Origin: a bacterium | GTDB taxonomy: Bacteria > Myxococcota_A > Bradymonadia > UBA7976 > UBA1532 | DNA length: 64,000 bases | Direction: 5' to 3' | Assembly (NCBI GenBank): GCA_030427205.1 | Contig: JAUHXC010000051.1 | Span: 1,336-65,335 of the forward strand | In this document: piece after piece, positions 46,953 to 55,810 of the stretch | How positions within the stretch are numbered: the first letter of the stretch is position 1 | Layout of the letters: each line of letters starts with the position of its first letter | Program-made: the position numbers and the translations under genes | Notes under the pieces: generated by a model | Told to the model about the DNA's origin: nothing | Databases searched by the model: none | What the model saw: only the letters and a program-made list of their open reading frames with translations

Positions 46953-47132
46953 CCAGGCCTCGGTGCGTGGTCAGCGGTCGTTCGAGCGGGTCGCGCCCGT
47001 CGTCGGGCACCATACAGCAACCGCGCGATGCGCGGCGACGTTCCGCGATCCGGCGTCGGCGCCGGGCAGGATCGGGCCACGGGCCGAGCCACCGAGTGGC
47101 CGTCGGGGCGCGTGGGCCCGTAGACTGCCGCC

Positions 47133-47486
47133 ATGCGCTGGACCGACCCCGATCGCCCGACGATGACCCACGACGACGGGCCCACCTCGCACGGTGAGCC
47201 CGCCGACGAGATGGCGCTCGGGGTGACCATCGCCTGGCACCCCGACCCGAGCCGGGTGGGCCAGCGGGCGCTCTTCGAAGGCCCGTCGATGGCGATCGGC
47301 CGCCTGGCGCCGATCTTCCACCGCGAGGACGGCGCCGCCGACGGGCCGCTGATCGACCCCCGCGTCAGCCGCACGCCCATTGCGCTGCAGCGGCCCGAGG
47401 GCGGGGTCCTGGTCTCGGGGCGGGCCCCCGTCGACGGCGAGCGGCTGACGCGGGGGTCGATCGGGCGGCGATCGCCCGGGGGGTGA
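47133..47486 (+). CDS. FHA-like domain protein (possibly a truncated remnant)
   Basis: GC3 is high. The pattern is AIGRLAPIFHRED...DPRVSRTPIALQR...VLVSGRAPVDGERL. The downstream frame (47483..) looks coding for ~50 codons and then degenerates. Confidence 0.4.
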   Translation: MRWTDPDRPTMTHDDGPTSHGEPADEMALGVTIAWHPDPSRVGQRALFEGPSMAIGRLAPIFHREDGAADGPLIDPRVSRTPIALQRPEGGVLVSGRAPVDGERLTRGSIGRRSPGG

Positions 47487-47633
47487 CCATCGGCCTCGCC
47501 CGCCGGGTCTTGCTGTGGCTGCACCCGGTGCCCCGCGCGCCGTACACCGGCCCCCGTCGCGGCCTCGTGATCGAAGACGGGGGTCGACTGTCGCAGATCG
47601 CGTGGCCCAGCCCCACCTCGGCGAGGCTCCACC

Positions 47634-48521
47634 TCAACCCGGCAAGACCCCGTCGGGCGCGTCGCCGACCCGCCCCGCCAGCCGATCCTTGTCTTCCCGG
47701 CTCAGATCGCTCTCGACCCGGTCGTGGCTCGCCAGCCCCAGAAAGATCTGCGTCGCGGCGACCGTCAGGCCCGGCAAGAGCAGCGGATACAGGATGATCG
47801 GCAGCACCGCCGGCACCGCGCCCAGGCCCAGACACAGCGCCTTGTTGCCGCCCAGCAGGCGCATCCGACGGAACGTGCCGTGGCCGTGGCGCGAGATGAC
47901 CGGCGCCATGGTCGCCAGGGCCAGCCACATGCAGGTCCACAGATAGCCCAGCGCCAGCGCGAGCGGCGGCCCGACGAGCGGCACCAGGCTCAGCAGCCAG
48001 AGCATCAGCAAGATCGGCAGCTGTCCGGCGAGCAGGGTCGACTCGACGCCGATCTCCTTCAACGCGCCGAACAGGCTCGCCGCCAGCGGAAAGCGCGGCT
48101 CGGGCCGCCGGAAGAACAGCGACTCGACGCTCGCGGTGAAGCGGTCGACGAGCGAGGCGATGAAGATGCGGCCGACGATCAGCGAGAAGAAGAAGCTGAG
48201 CACGAACCACAGCCCGTCGAGCACGAAGATCACCGCCTCGACGGCCACCTCGGTCAGCCACGGGGTCGCGCCGCTGCGCGAGGCGGCGGCGGCGGCGAGG
48301 TCATGCTCCCAGCCCTCGATGATCGCCCGCCCGAACCACAGCGGCAGGATATAGATCACGAGGTTGATCGCCACCAGCCACAGGGCGCGGCGGCGCAGGG
48401 CGGGGTCGGTGAAGGCGCGCAGCTGCCCGCGCCAGACGAAGCCGACGCCGGCGGTGACGCGAGCGCCGAAGGCCAGGCGACCGGGATCACCGAGCGGCGC
48501 GTCGGGGGTCGGGCTCTGCAT
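47634..48521 (-). CDS. polytopic integral membrane protein (hypothetical)
   Basis: Six or seven hydrophobic helices. GC3 is high. Confidence 0.6.
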   Translation of the reverse strand: MQSPTPDAPLGDPGRLAFGARVTAGVGFVWRGQLRAFTDPALRRRALWLVAINLVIYILPLWFGRAIIEGWEHDLAAAAASRSGATPWLTEVAVEAVIFVLDGLWFVLSFFFSLIVGRIFIASLVDRFTASVESLFFRRPEPRFPLAASLFGALKEIGVESTLLAGQLPILLMLWLLSLVPLVGPPLALALGYLWTCMWLALATMAPVISRHGHGTFRRMRLLGGNKALCLGLGAVPAVLPIILYPLLLPGLTVAATQIFLGLASHDRVESDLSREDKDRLAGRVGDAPDGVLPG

Positions 48522-48715
48522 CGCGGCATCGTGCCGCCCGGCGCCCGCCGATGCCAGCCCGAAGATCTCCGGCGACGCGGGCCACCACGCGGCTCTCGGG
48601 CGCTCGGCAACGCTGCAGTCGGTGGCGATGGACCTCGATCCGAAAGTATCGCTTTCGGGCTCGACATACGTCGGCGCGATGGGTCAGTGTGATCGGACAG
48701 ACGCACCGGGTGCGC

Positions 48716-51109
48716 ATGGCAGGGGGTCACGTGGCATACTTCTATGGGCCGACCGAGGCACCGGACTGGCTCGAGGACAAGGTCAACCGGAATACGCTGA
48801 GGGCGCTGACACAGCTGCCCGACTCGTTTCACGTCCTGGTCGAGTTCAGCATTCCGCAGTTCAGAAACCGCGGTCGCATGGCCTCACCGCAGCTCGACTT
48901 CCTCGTCGTCGAGGCCGACCGCCCGCTCAAGATGATCGTGATCGAGGAGAAGACCATCAGCTCGCCCATCCTCGAGGCGGGGCCCAACGGACCGTGGAAG
49001 ATCCTCAAGCGAGGCCGGGTGGTGCCACACAGCACCGGCGACAACCCGTTTCAGCAGACGATGCGCATCGCCGACACCACCCAGGATTGGATGCGAGCGA
49101 ACGCCGAGCGGATCCTCGGGGCCCCGCCGGCCGAGCCCGCCAGCAGCACGATCCGCGTGTATCGGACGCTGTTCTTGCGTACACACGGCGACTCGGTGCA
49201 CCTCAAGCCGCCGCAGTTCCTCAACGTGATCCGCGACCCCGATCGGTTGGTCTCCGACCTGATGGGGCTCGACCCTCGCCGCACCGAGAACGTGCTGATC
49301 CGCGCGGGCGTGCGCCGACTCATCGATGCGATCGGAGGGTTGAGCCCCAAGCGCAGCATCAACAGCGTACAGCTCGGGACCCCGGGAGATGCGTGGGAGA
49401 AGGCAGCGGACGAGGGCGAGCTCGACGCACTTCGGCTCGTGGTCGAGGCGCTCACCGCGCGGGTCGATGCCCTCGAGCGCCGGTTGCCGGCCCTCTCGAC
49501 GCGGCCTGAGGAGCGCCCGCCGCCCATGGGGCCTGCGCCGCGGTCGAAGGAGCCCGCGCCGATCGCCTCCCCACCGCCGACGACGGCAGACGCCACGCCG
49601 GAGCTGACAGCCCGGCTCGTCGAAGTCCTCCGCACGCTGGGGGGCGCTGCTACACTGGTTCGCTTCGGCTCGGCGGCCGACCATGCGATCGACGACCTCT
49701 CCAACCGCCTGCGGGCGGCGGTGCGCAGCAAGCGCTCTCCCCTGCGGCGCTTCATCGACGCGAGGCCGCAGACCTTCGCGGTGTTCGTGCGTGAAGGCAT
49801 CCACTGGGTGCGCTTGAGGGCGGCGACGGCAGCCCCCGAGGCCGGGGCATCGAGCGCCGGTCGACCCGAGACGCCGCCGCCCGAGGACGACGAGGGCGCG
49901 CGGCAGGCGGCTCGGGCGCGGCTCGAACGCCTGCTCAAGGAGGCGGGCAGCAGGCCCCTGCCCGACGAGCGGAAGTGGGTCATCGAGCGCATCTGCTCCG
50001 ACCTCGGCGAGCTCGACGCGCCGGTCTTGCTCACCGCGCTGAAGCCGGTCTGGTCGGCCGAGCTCAACATCTCTCGCAAGCGGATCACGCACATCCTCCG
50101 GGCGCTCGTGCACGGCGGCGCCTTCATCGACGCCAACGGGCAGCGGGTCGAGCACCTGCTCGACCCCGTCTCGGGGCTCATCGACCCCGAGCCGGCCGCG
50201 CTCGAGACGCGGTGCCTCGCCGCCTATCACGGCGCCGTAATCGCCCGAGACCCGGCGCTGGCCCGAACCCCCGAGTTCGCTGCGATCTTCGAAGAGCACA
50301 CCGGCGGCCCCCTGCCCTCCGAGGCGGCACCGCAGGTGCGCATCGCTCACGCACCGCCCAGCTGGCCCATCGCCACCGAGCGATCGGCCGCAGGCGACGG
50401 CGAGTGGGGCTTCGTCCAGCGGCTGCTCGAGGCGGACGGTTGGATGCCGACGCCGCTCGACGACAGCCGCCTGCCGCGCGACCTCGCCCGCCGCCTCGAG
50501 CAGTCGAACTCTCGACCGGTCGTGCTCGATACGCAGCCGCCGATCGCGGTGGCCGCGCTCGAGCGCGCCGGGCGACCGCTGGTACAACTCGTAGAGCTGC
50601 TGAAGGGCGAGACGCTGTGCCCCGCCGACATGCCACTCGCTCGCCTGCTGCGACAGCGCGGCGTCGACCCCCTGCGCAGGCATCGGGCCGATATCATGGG
50701 CGTGGTCGAGGAGCTGCTGGCCCGCGGCCCGCTCGCCCTTCCAGAGCTCCGCGAGGCGGTCGCCGCTCGGCTCGGCCTCTCCAAGGGCAAGGTTCAGCAC
50801 ATGGCCAACGTGCTCTTCCGCAGCCGTCAGCTGCAAAGCGAGACGCCGGGGGTCCCTGTCGAGTCGGCCGCCGAGCCGGCTGTGGGCCTGTTCGGCGATC
50901 ACGAGGCGACCGATACCGCCTGTCGCAACTACTACGCGGTGACCATCCTGCGCTACGACCCCACCCGGTTGACGACGCCCGCCGACCGGCGGGCCTTCGA
51001 GGTCTGCGTCGGCGGGCCGCCCAGCGAAACGCTCGACGAGCTGCGGCGACGGGCGGCCAGTATCGTCACCCGCCGCTACACCCAGATCATCAGCGACCAC
51101 ACCTGCTGA
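48716..51109 (+). CDS. NERD (nuclease-related) domain protein with a long uncharacterised C-terminal region
   Basis: The N-terminus reads LRALTQLPDSFHVLVEFSIPQF..RMASPQLDFLVVEADRPLKMIVIEEKT and fits the NERD pattern. The 5' part of the gene is visibly less GC-rich than its neighbours. Confidence 0.55.
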   Translation: MAGGHVAYFYGPTEAPDWLEDKVNRNTLRALTQLPDSFHVLVEFSIPQFRNRGRMASPQLDFLVVEADRPLKMIVIEEKTISSPILEAGPNGPWKILKRGRVVPHSTGDNPFQQTMRIADTTQDWMRANAERILGAPPAEPASSTIRVYRTLFLRTHGDSVHLKPPQFLNVIRDPDRLVSDLMGLDPRRTENVLIRAGVRRLIDAIGGLSPKRSINSVQLGTPGDAWEKAADEGELDALRLVVEALTARVDALERRLPALSTRPEERPPPMGPAPRSKEPAPIASPPPTTADATPELTARLVEVLRTLGGAATLVRFGSAADHAIDDLSNRLRAAVRSKRSPLRRFIDARPQTFAVFVREGIHWVRLRAATAAPEAGASSAGRPETPPPEDDEGARQAARARLERLLKEAGSRPLPDERKWVIERICSDLGELDAPVLLTALKPVWSAELNISRKRITHILRALVHGGAFIDANGQRVEHLLDPVSGLIDPEPAALETRCLAAYHGAVIARDPALARTPEFAAIFEEHTGGPLPSEAAPQVRIAHAPPSWPIATERSAAGDGEWGFVQRLLEADGWMPTPLDDSRLPRDLARRLEQSNSRPVVLDTQPPIAVAALERAGRPLVQLVELLKGETLCPADMPLARLLRQRGVDPLRRHRADIMGVVEELLARGPLALPELREAVAARLGLSKGKVQHMANVLFRSRQLQSETPGVPVESAAEPAVGLFGDHEATDTACRNYYAVTILRYDPTRLTTPADRRAFEVCVGGPPSETLDELRRRAASIVTRRYTQIISDHTC

Positions 51110-51401
51110 CCCCGACCCCACGCGGCGCTCGGGCGCCCTTCACCAGAAAATCGAAAAAAAATGCGCCGGCCCGTGAAGGATGCCCCGCCCTGCCCGCAAT
51201 ACCCTGTCGAGATGGCGCTGACGAGCGATACGCGCCACACAGGCACGAACGACATGTGATGCCATGCCATCGCGAGCGATGGCAGCGGAGCGCCGGGCGG
51301 GATCGGTCGGCGGCCTCGGCATCACAGGGCGCGACAGTCCGTCGTGATCGACAGCCAGCAATGATCGACCGCGTCGAGGGACGCAACCAGAGGAGTACGC
51401 T

Positions 51402-52832
51402 ATGAAGTTGTTCTTGCAAGCGATGGGTCTCGGGGCCGTGATGATCGGCACCAGCGGGTGTCTGCCCGAGGATCTCGCCGACGAGCTCTTCGGCGGCGGG
51501 GACAACCCCGCCGACTGCCTCACCATCGCCGAGCAGGACTTCGAGTCCTGCGTGCGGGACGGCGACCTGGAGGCCTGCGAGGCGGCGCTCGACGAAGCGC
51601 TGACGGCCTGCGGCGAAGTGATCGAAGAGAACCTGCCCCCGCGGGACGAGCCGGGCGACGAAGGCGACGGCGAAGGCATCGACGAGGGCGAGGGCCCCGA
51701 CGGCGAAGGCATCGACGAGGGCGCCTGCTTCGAAGAGGCCGACCGGGTCTTCCAGAGCTGCATCGAAGAGGGCGCCGACGAAGAGGCGTGCATCGGCGAG
51801 TTCGAGGGCGTGCTCGACGCCTGCTTCGGCGAGCACAGCGAGCCCGGCGAAGGCCCCGACGAAGGCTGGGGCCACGACGGCGCCGACGGCGAGGCGATCG
51901 ACGCCTGCCTGCGTGAAGCCGAGACCGACTTCGAACTGTGCCTCGCCGACGACCAGGAGGGTGAGTTCGACATCTGCGCCGATGCCTTCGATCGCGCCCT
52001 GGAGGCCTGCTTCGAAGGCGAGGGCGACTGGGGCGAGGGCGACTGGGGCGAGGGCGACTGGGGCGAGGGCGACTGGGACGAGGAGTGCCCCGACGAGGTG
52101 CCGGGCGAAGACGGCTGGGGCCACGACGGACCCGACGGCGACTGGGGCGATGACGCCGAGATCGACGCCTGCCTCGAAGAGATCGACGCGCTGGCCCGCG
52201 ACTGCTTCGAGAACAACGACGACCCCCGCGAGTGCGAGGCCCTGATCGACGAAGGTCTGCGCGCCTGCTTCGGCGACGCGGGCGGCGAAGAGCCCGGCGA
52301 CGGCGACTGGGGCCACGACGGCGACGGCGACTGGGGCGAAGGGGATGACATCGACGCCTGCCTCGAAGAGATCGACGCCCGCGTCCGCGACTGCTTCGAG
52401 AACAACGACGACCCCCGCGAGTGCGAGGCCCTGATCGACGAGGGCTTCGAGCGCTGCCTCGGCGAGGGCGGCGACCTGCCCGACGAGGGCCCCGCCGACG
52501 AGGGCCCCGCCGACCCGGTCGAGGCCTGCATCGAGCGCGCCGAGGGCGGCTTCTTCGCCTGCCTCGAAGAGGGCGGCGACCCCTGGGACTGCGAGATGAG
52601 CGCGCAGGATGCCTTCGAGGCCTGCCTCGCCGACCTCGACGGCGGCTGGGACGAGGGCGAGCACGCCAACGGCGGCGAAGGCGGCGACCGCCCGGCCGAT
52701 CCCATCGCCGAGTGCCTCGAAGAGGTCGACGCCGCCCACCGCGCCTGCATCGAGTCCGGCGAGCGCCCCCGCCGCTGCAACCGCCAGGCCGACGACGCCG
52801 CCCGCGCCTGCTTCGACAGCGCCGGGCTCTGA
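51402..52832 (+). CDS. extremely acidic Cys-repeat lipoprotein
   Basis: GAGGAG 6 nt upstream. Lipobox VMIGTSGC. About 10 repeats of ~35 aa (AC(L/I)EE(I/V)DA...C...EC(E/I)...AC). A (GDWGE)x4 tract is present. Confidence 0.7.
   Translation: MKLFLQAMGLGAVMIGTSGCLPEDLADELFGGGDNPADCLTIAEQDFESCVRDGDLEACEAALDEALTACGEVIEENLPPRDEPGDEGDGEGIDEGEGPDGEGIDEGACFEEADRVFQSCIEEGADEEACIGEFEGVLDACFGEHSEPGEGPDEGWGHDGADGEAIDACLREAETDFELCLADDQEGEFDICADAFDRALEACFEGEGDWGEGDWGEGDWGEGDWDEECPDEVPGEDGWGHDGPDGDWGDDAEIDACLEEIDALARDCFENNDDPRECEALIDEGLRACFGDAGGEEPGDGDWGHDGDGDWGEGDDIDACLEEIDARVRDCFENNDDPRECEALIDEGFERCLGEGGDLPDEGPADEGPADPVEACIERAEGGFFACLEEGGDPWDCEMSAQDAFEACLADLDGGWDEGEHANGGEGGDRPADPIAECLEEVDAAHRACIESGERPRRCNRQADDAARACFDSAGL
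52019..52078 (+). repeat. 15-bp x4 in-frame tandem repeat (GDWGE)
   Basis: gagggcgactggggc repeated four times inside CDS 51402..52832. Confidence 0.8.
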
Positions 52833-53000
52833 TCGCGGTCCCCCGCCGATACCGCCCGCCCTGCCCCCCGCGACTCTACAGCTCGACGCGCTCGATGCCT
52901 CGTCGAGCACGCAGAGAGCACCCGTCGCGGTCTCGACGCAAACATCCCCGCCCATCTCGTCGCCGCACTGCGATACTACAGCGGGCGGTCGCCGGGCCCG

Positions 53001-53876
53001 TCACGGCGGGCACTCGCAGTCGAGGCGGCGCGGCTCGGGATCACAGACCACCTCACACGCGCAGCAGTCGAGGCCATCACCGGTGACGCACCCGGCGAGG
53101 CGCTCGGCGACGGCGGTGCCATCCGCCGGCAGCAGCACCGCCACGAGGCCCGTACCCGGCGCGGGGCCGCCGCAATACGCGGGCAGCTCGGCGCCCACGA
53201 AGAGCGTGCCGCCGTCGTCGACCACCCAGCGCACATGGGTCTCGGGCGACTCCCGCGTCGGATAGAGCGCCAGCCGCCATGCGGCCCAGTCGACCCCCGA
53301 CGGCTCGGGCATGGCATCGCCGAAGCAACGCTGCAGGGCGAAGAACGAGGGATCATCGGTGATCACGACCGGGCCCAGATCTTCGATGGGCAGTTGGCAG
53401 CGATCGGCGATGTGCACCCGCGCGCGGTCGAAGCCGTCGTCGAAGCCCGTGCTGACGACCTCGTAGGGCACCGGCACCCCGTCCGGGTGCCCCCGCCCCG
53501 CCGGCGAGCAGTCGGGCTCGGGCGGCACGAAGATACAGGCGCCCGCGTCCGGCGCGGCGTCCGGCGGCAGGGCGTCCGGCGGCAGGGCGTCCGGCGGCAG
53601 GGCGTCCGGCGGCAGGGCGTCCGACGGTGCGCCGTCGAGCAGCGCGCCGTCGAGCAGCGCGCCGTCGAGCAGCGCGCCGTCGAGCAGCGCCATATCGAGC
53701 CGCGGATCGACCCGGCTGTCCCGCGCGGCGTCGGCCGCCGCGTCCGTCGCGGCAGCATCTGTCGCGGCAGCGTCGGTCGCGGGGTCGAGCACGCTGTCGG
53801 GGCCATCGTCGCAGGCCGCCAACCCCACAATGAGCCAGACCGTACCCAGAGAACGAAGCAGACTGCGGGAAACCAT
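53001..53876 (-). CDS. repeat-containing lipoprotein
   Basis: Lipobox LIVGLAAC. Tandem peptide repeats (ATDAA)x3, (LDGAL)x4 and (PPDAL)x4 are encoded by 15-bp DNA repeats at ~53561-53700. The C-terminal domain is Cys-rich. Confidence 0.65.
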   Translation of the reverse strand: MVSRSLLRSLGTVWLIVGLAACDDGPDSVLDPATDAAATDAAATDAAADAARDSRVDPRLDMALLDGALLDGALLDGALLDGAPSDALPPDALPPDALPPDALPPDAAPDAGACIFVPPEPDCSPAGRGHPDGVPVPYEVVSTGFDDGFDRARVHIADRCQLPIEDLGPVVITDDPSFFALQRCFGDAMPEPSGVDWAAWRLALYPTRESPETHVRWVVDDGGTLFVGAELPAYCGGPAPGTGLVAVLLPADGTAVAERLAGCVTGDGLDCCACEVVCDPEPRRLDCECPP

Positions 53877-54003
53877 GGGCGCCTCCGAGCGTGATGCGTG
53901 CGGCTTCGAGCCAGCAGACGGATGAGCAGCGCTCGGCTTACCCCCCTGCCCGGCCGCGGCGGCGACCCTGGCCGTCGACGGCCGACCGCTATACCATCAT
54001 CCC

Positions 54004-54444
54004 ATGATCCGCACCCCGGCCATGCCCCGCGCGCCCTTGCTCGCCGCCATCGCGCTCGCCGGCTGCAACCAGACCGAGGTCCTGCGCAGCGACGGCTGGC
54101 TCTACACCGGCACCATCGCCGCCGCCGACAGCGAGACCGTGACGCTGCGCGGCGAGCGCGGCGTCGTCGTCATCCCCCGCGGCGAGGTCGTGCACCATGC
54201 GCTGCCCGGCAGCACCCGTATGATCGTCGGCGGCAGCGCGGCGGTGCTCGGCCTGCTGAGCTTCGGTGAGGCGATCGACGCGTCCAACCCGACGGGCAGC
54301 TACGTCAGCGGCGCGGTCTGGCTCGGCGTCGGGCTCGGCCTCGGCCTGTGGGGCCTGCTCGACTGGCGCAGCGCCCGCGCCACCTGGCAGGGCGAAGCCG
54401 ACGACGTCACCTGGACCGGCGACCGCCTCGTGGTGCGCTTCTGA
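54004..54444 (+). CDS. small lipoprotein
   Basis: Lipobox AIALAGC. C-terminal hydrophobic Gly-rich segment. Confidence 0.55.
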   Translation: MIRTPAMPRAPLLAAIALAGCNQTEVLRSDGWLYTGTIAAADSETVTLRGERGVVVIPRGEVVHHALPGSTRMIVGGSAAVLGLLSFGEAIDASNPTGSYVSGAVWLGVGLGLGLWGLLDWRSARATWQGEADDVTWTGDRLVVRF

Positions 54445-55013
54445 TGCCTCGCGCACTGCCCCACGCGCCGACCCGCGCACTGCCCCTCGCACTGCCCCGC
54501 ACCCTGCTCGGCGCCGTCGTCTGCGCCGGCCCGCTCGCCGCCTGCGGATCCTCCACCCTCGAAGTGCAGATCGAGCGGGACGACGGCGCGCTGCTCGTCG
54601 GCGAGCCCATCGGCGGCGACGCCGAGCACGTCTGGGTCTACGAGCCGCGCACCGCCCAGCGGGTGGTCGTGCCCCGCGCGCGCATCACCGACATCGAAGG
54701 CGGCGGCGGCGCCCGCATCTGGCTCGGCGGCGCGTTCATCGGCTGGGGCGCCCTGATGCTGACCGGGGGCATCGTGGCCATCGCCAGCGCCGAGGCGGCA
54801 GCCGAGGGCGAATCATCGAGCGCCAACGGCCTCGCCGCCCTGCTCGGGCTCGCCGGCGCCATCACCGGCCTCGGCATCGGGCTGCCCATCCTCAACGCCG
54901 GCCGCGCGCAGCGCGCCGCCGCCGAGGCCGCGCTCTCACCCGAGGCGGGCCCGCCGCCCGACCCGCCGACGACGCTCTACCTCGCGCCCAACGGGTTGAC
55001 GGTCACCTTCTGA
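54444..55013 (+). CDS. small lipoprotein (paralog of the previous gene)
   Basis: It starts at MPRALPHAPTR, overlapping the upstream TGA (TGATG). Lipobox PLAACGSS. Similar organisation to the previous gene: an early beta region followed by a Gly-rich hydrophobic C-terminus. Confidence 0.5.
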   Translation: MPRALPHAPTRALPLALPRTLLGAVVCAGPLAACGSSTLEVQIERDDGALLVGEPIGGDAEHVWVYEPRTAQRVVVPRARITDIEGGGGARIWLGGAFIGWGALMLTGGIVAIASAEAAAEGESSSANGLAALLGLAGAITGLGIGLPILNAGRAQRAAAEAALSPEAGPPPDPPTTLYLAPNGLTVTF

Positions 55014-55800
55014 CCGCCTCGATCAGTCCCGCCGGCGGCAGCAGATCGGCCGCGCTTATCGTGAAGTCGACCCGCGGATAGACGAAGCCGACCTCCCGGT
55101 TCTCCTGTCCGCGCAGCCGGTAGAACGTGCGCCGCTGCGTCTCGTCGGCGAGCGTCAGCCGGCGCCCATCGGCGAAGCGCGGCCCGTCGTCCCCGAAGCG
55201 GATGTGGGTCTTCGACGACCGCAACGTGAGCCCCAGCCAGCGGTTGTCCGGCGCGGCCCCGTCCCCCGAAGACCGGGCCTGCGACCGCAGCACGATCCGG
55301 TGCACGTGCCGCGCGTTGACGTCCAGCGAGAAGACCACCGCGGTGTCGTGCTCGAGCACGATCGACGCCTCGGCCCGGCTGACCTTGTCCCGGATCTCCA
55401 GCGTACGCCGCGCCGAGGCATCCAGTGGGCGCTCGTAGCAGGTATAGACCGCGATGAGAGAGCCCGGCGCGAGGTCCAGCGCCTGATCGCAGTGATAGCC
55501 CATCTTGCAATAGGCCCGGTCGTAGATCTCGATGAGCGCGTTGTCGAAGGCCGCCCCCTCGGTGGCGCCGACCGCCGCCCGAACCGCCGCCGCCGCCTGC
55601 CGATGCGCCGCCGAGAACCGCCCCGCCGGCCGGCTGTAGCGGCTCGTCGTGCGCACCAGCGGCACGCCGCGCGGGCTCACATCCACCAGATGCGTGCCCA
55701 GCCGGCCCGGGGCGACATCCTCGAAGTCGACCCCCGCCGACAGCGCCGCGAAGGCATCCGCGCCCAGACCGATGGCATACCGCCGAAAGCCGTCGTGCAC
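55003..55800 (-). CDS. AlkB-family Fe(II)/2-oxoglutarate dioxygenase
   Basis: The run NALIEIYDRAYCKMGYHCDQALDLAPGSLIAVYTCYE fits the AlkB ...LINRY...LHQDKDE...SVSLG segment, including HxD. IVLEHDTAVVF...ARHVHRIV fits LLLEHGDVVV...RLFYHGIQP (distal His). RWLGLTLRS fits RYNLTFRQ (the 2OG-binding Arg). Confidence 0.75.
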   Translation of the reverse strand: MHDGFRRYAIGLGADAFAALSAGVDFEDVAPGRLGTHLVDVSPRGVPLVRTTSRYSRPAGRFSAAHRQAAAAVRAAVGATEGAAFDNALIEIYDRAYCKMGYHCDQALDLAPGSLIAVYTCYERPLDASARRTLEIRDKVSRAEASIVLEHDTAVVFSLDVNARHVHRIVLRSQARSSGDGAAPDNRWLGLTLRSSKTHIRFGDDGPRFADGRRLTLADETQRRTFYRLRGQENREVGFVYPRVDFTISAADLLPPAGLIEAVRR

Positions 55801-55810
55801 CCGCGCCCCC

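Noticed and set aside
47483-47797. 104-aa ORF as an independent gene
   Set aside because: Coding signal lasts only ~50 codons and then decays into Arg/Pro-rich junk. It is more likely the frameshifted continuation of the FHA-like ORF than a separate gene.
51110-51180. Possible rho-independent terminator after the NERD gene (CCCTTCAC ... GTGAAGG around an A8 tract)
   Set aside because: The inverted repeat arms are 7 bp with a ~30-nt loop and no downstream T-run. They are more likely an AT-rich promoter or junction region than an intrinsic terminator.
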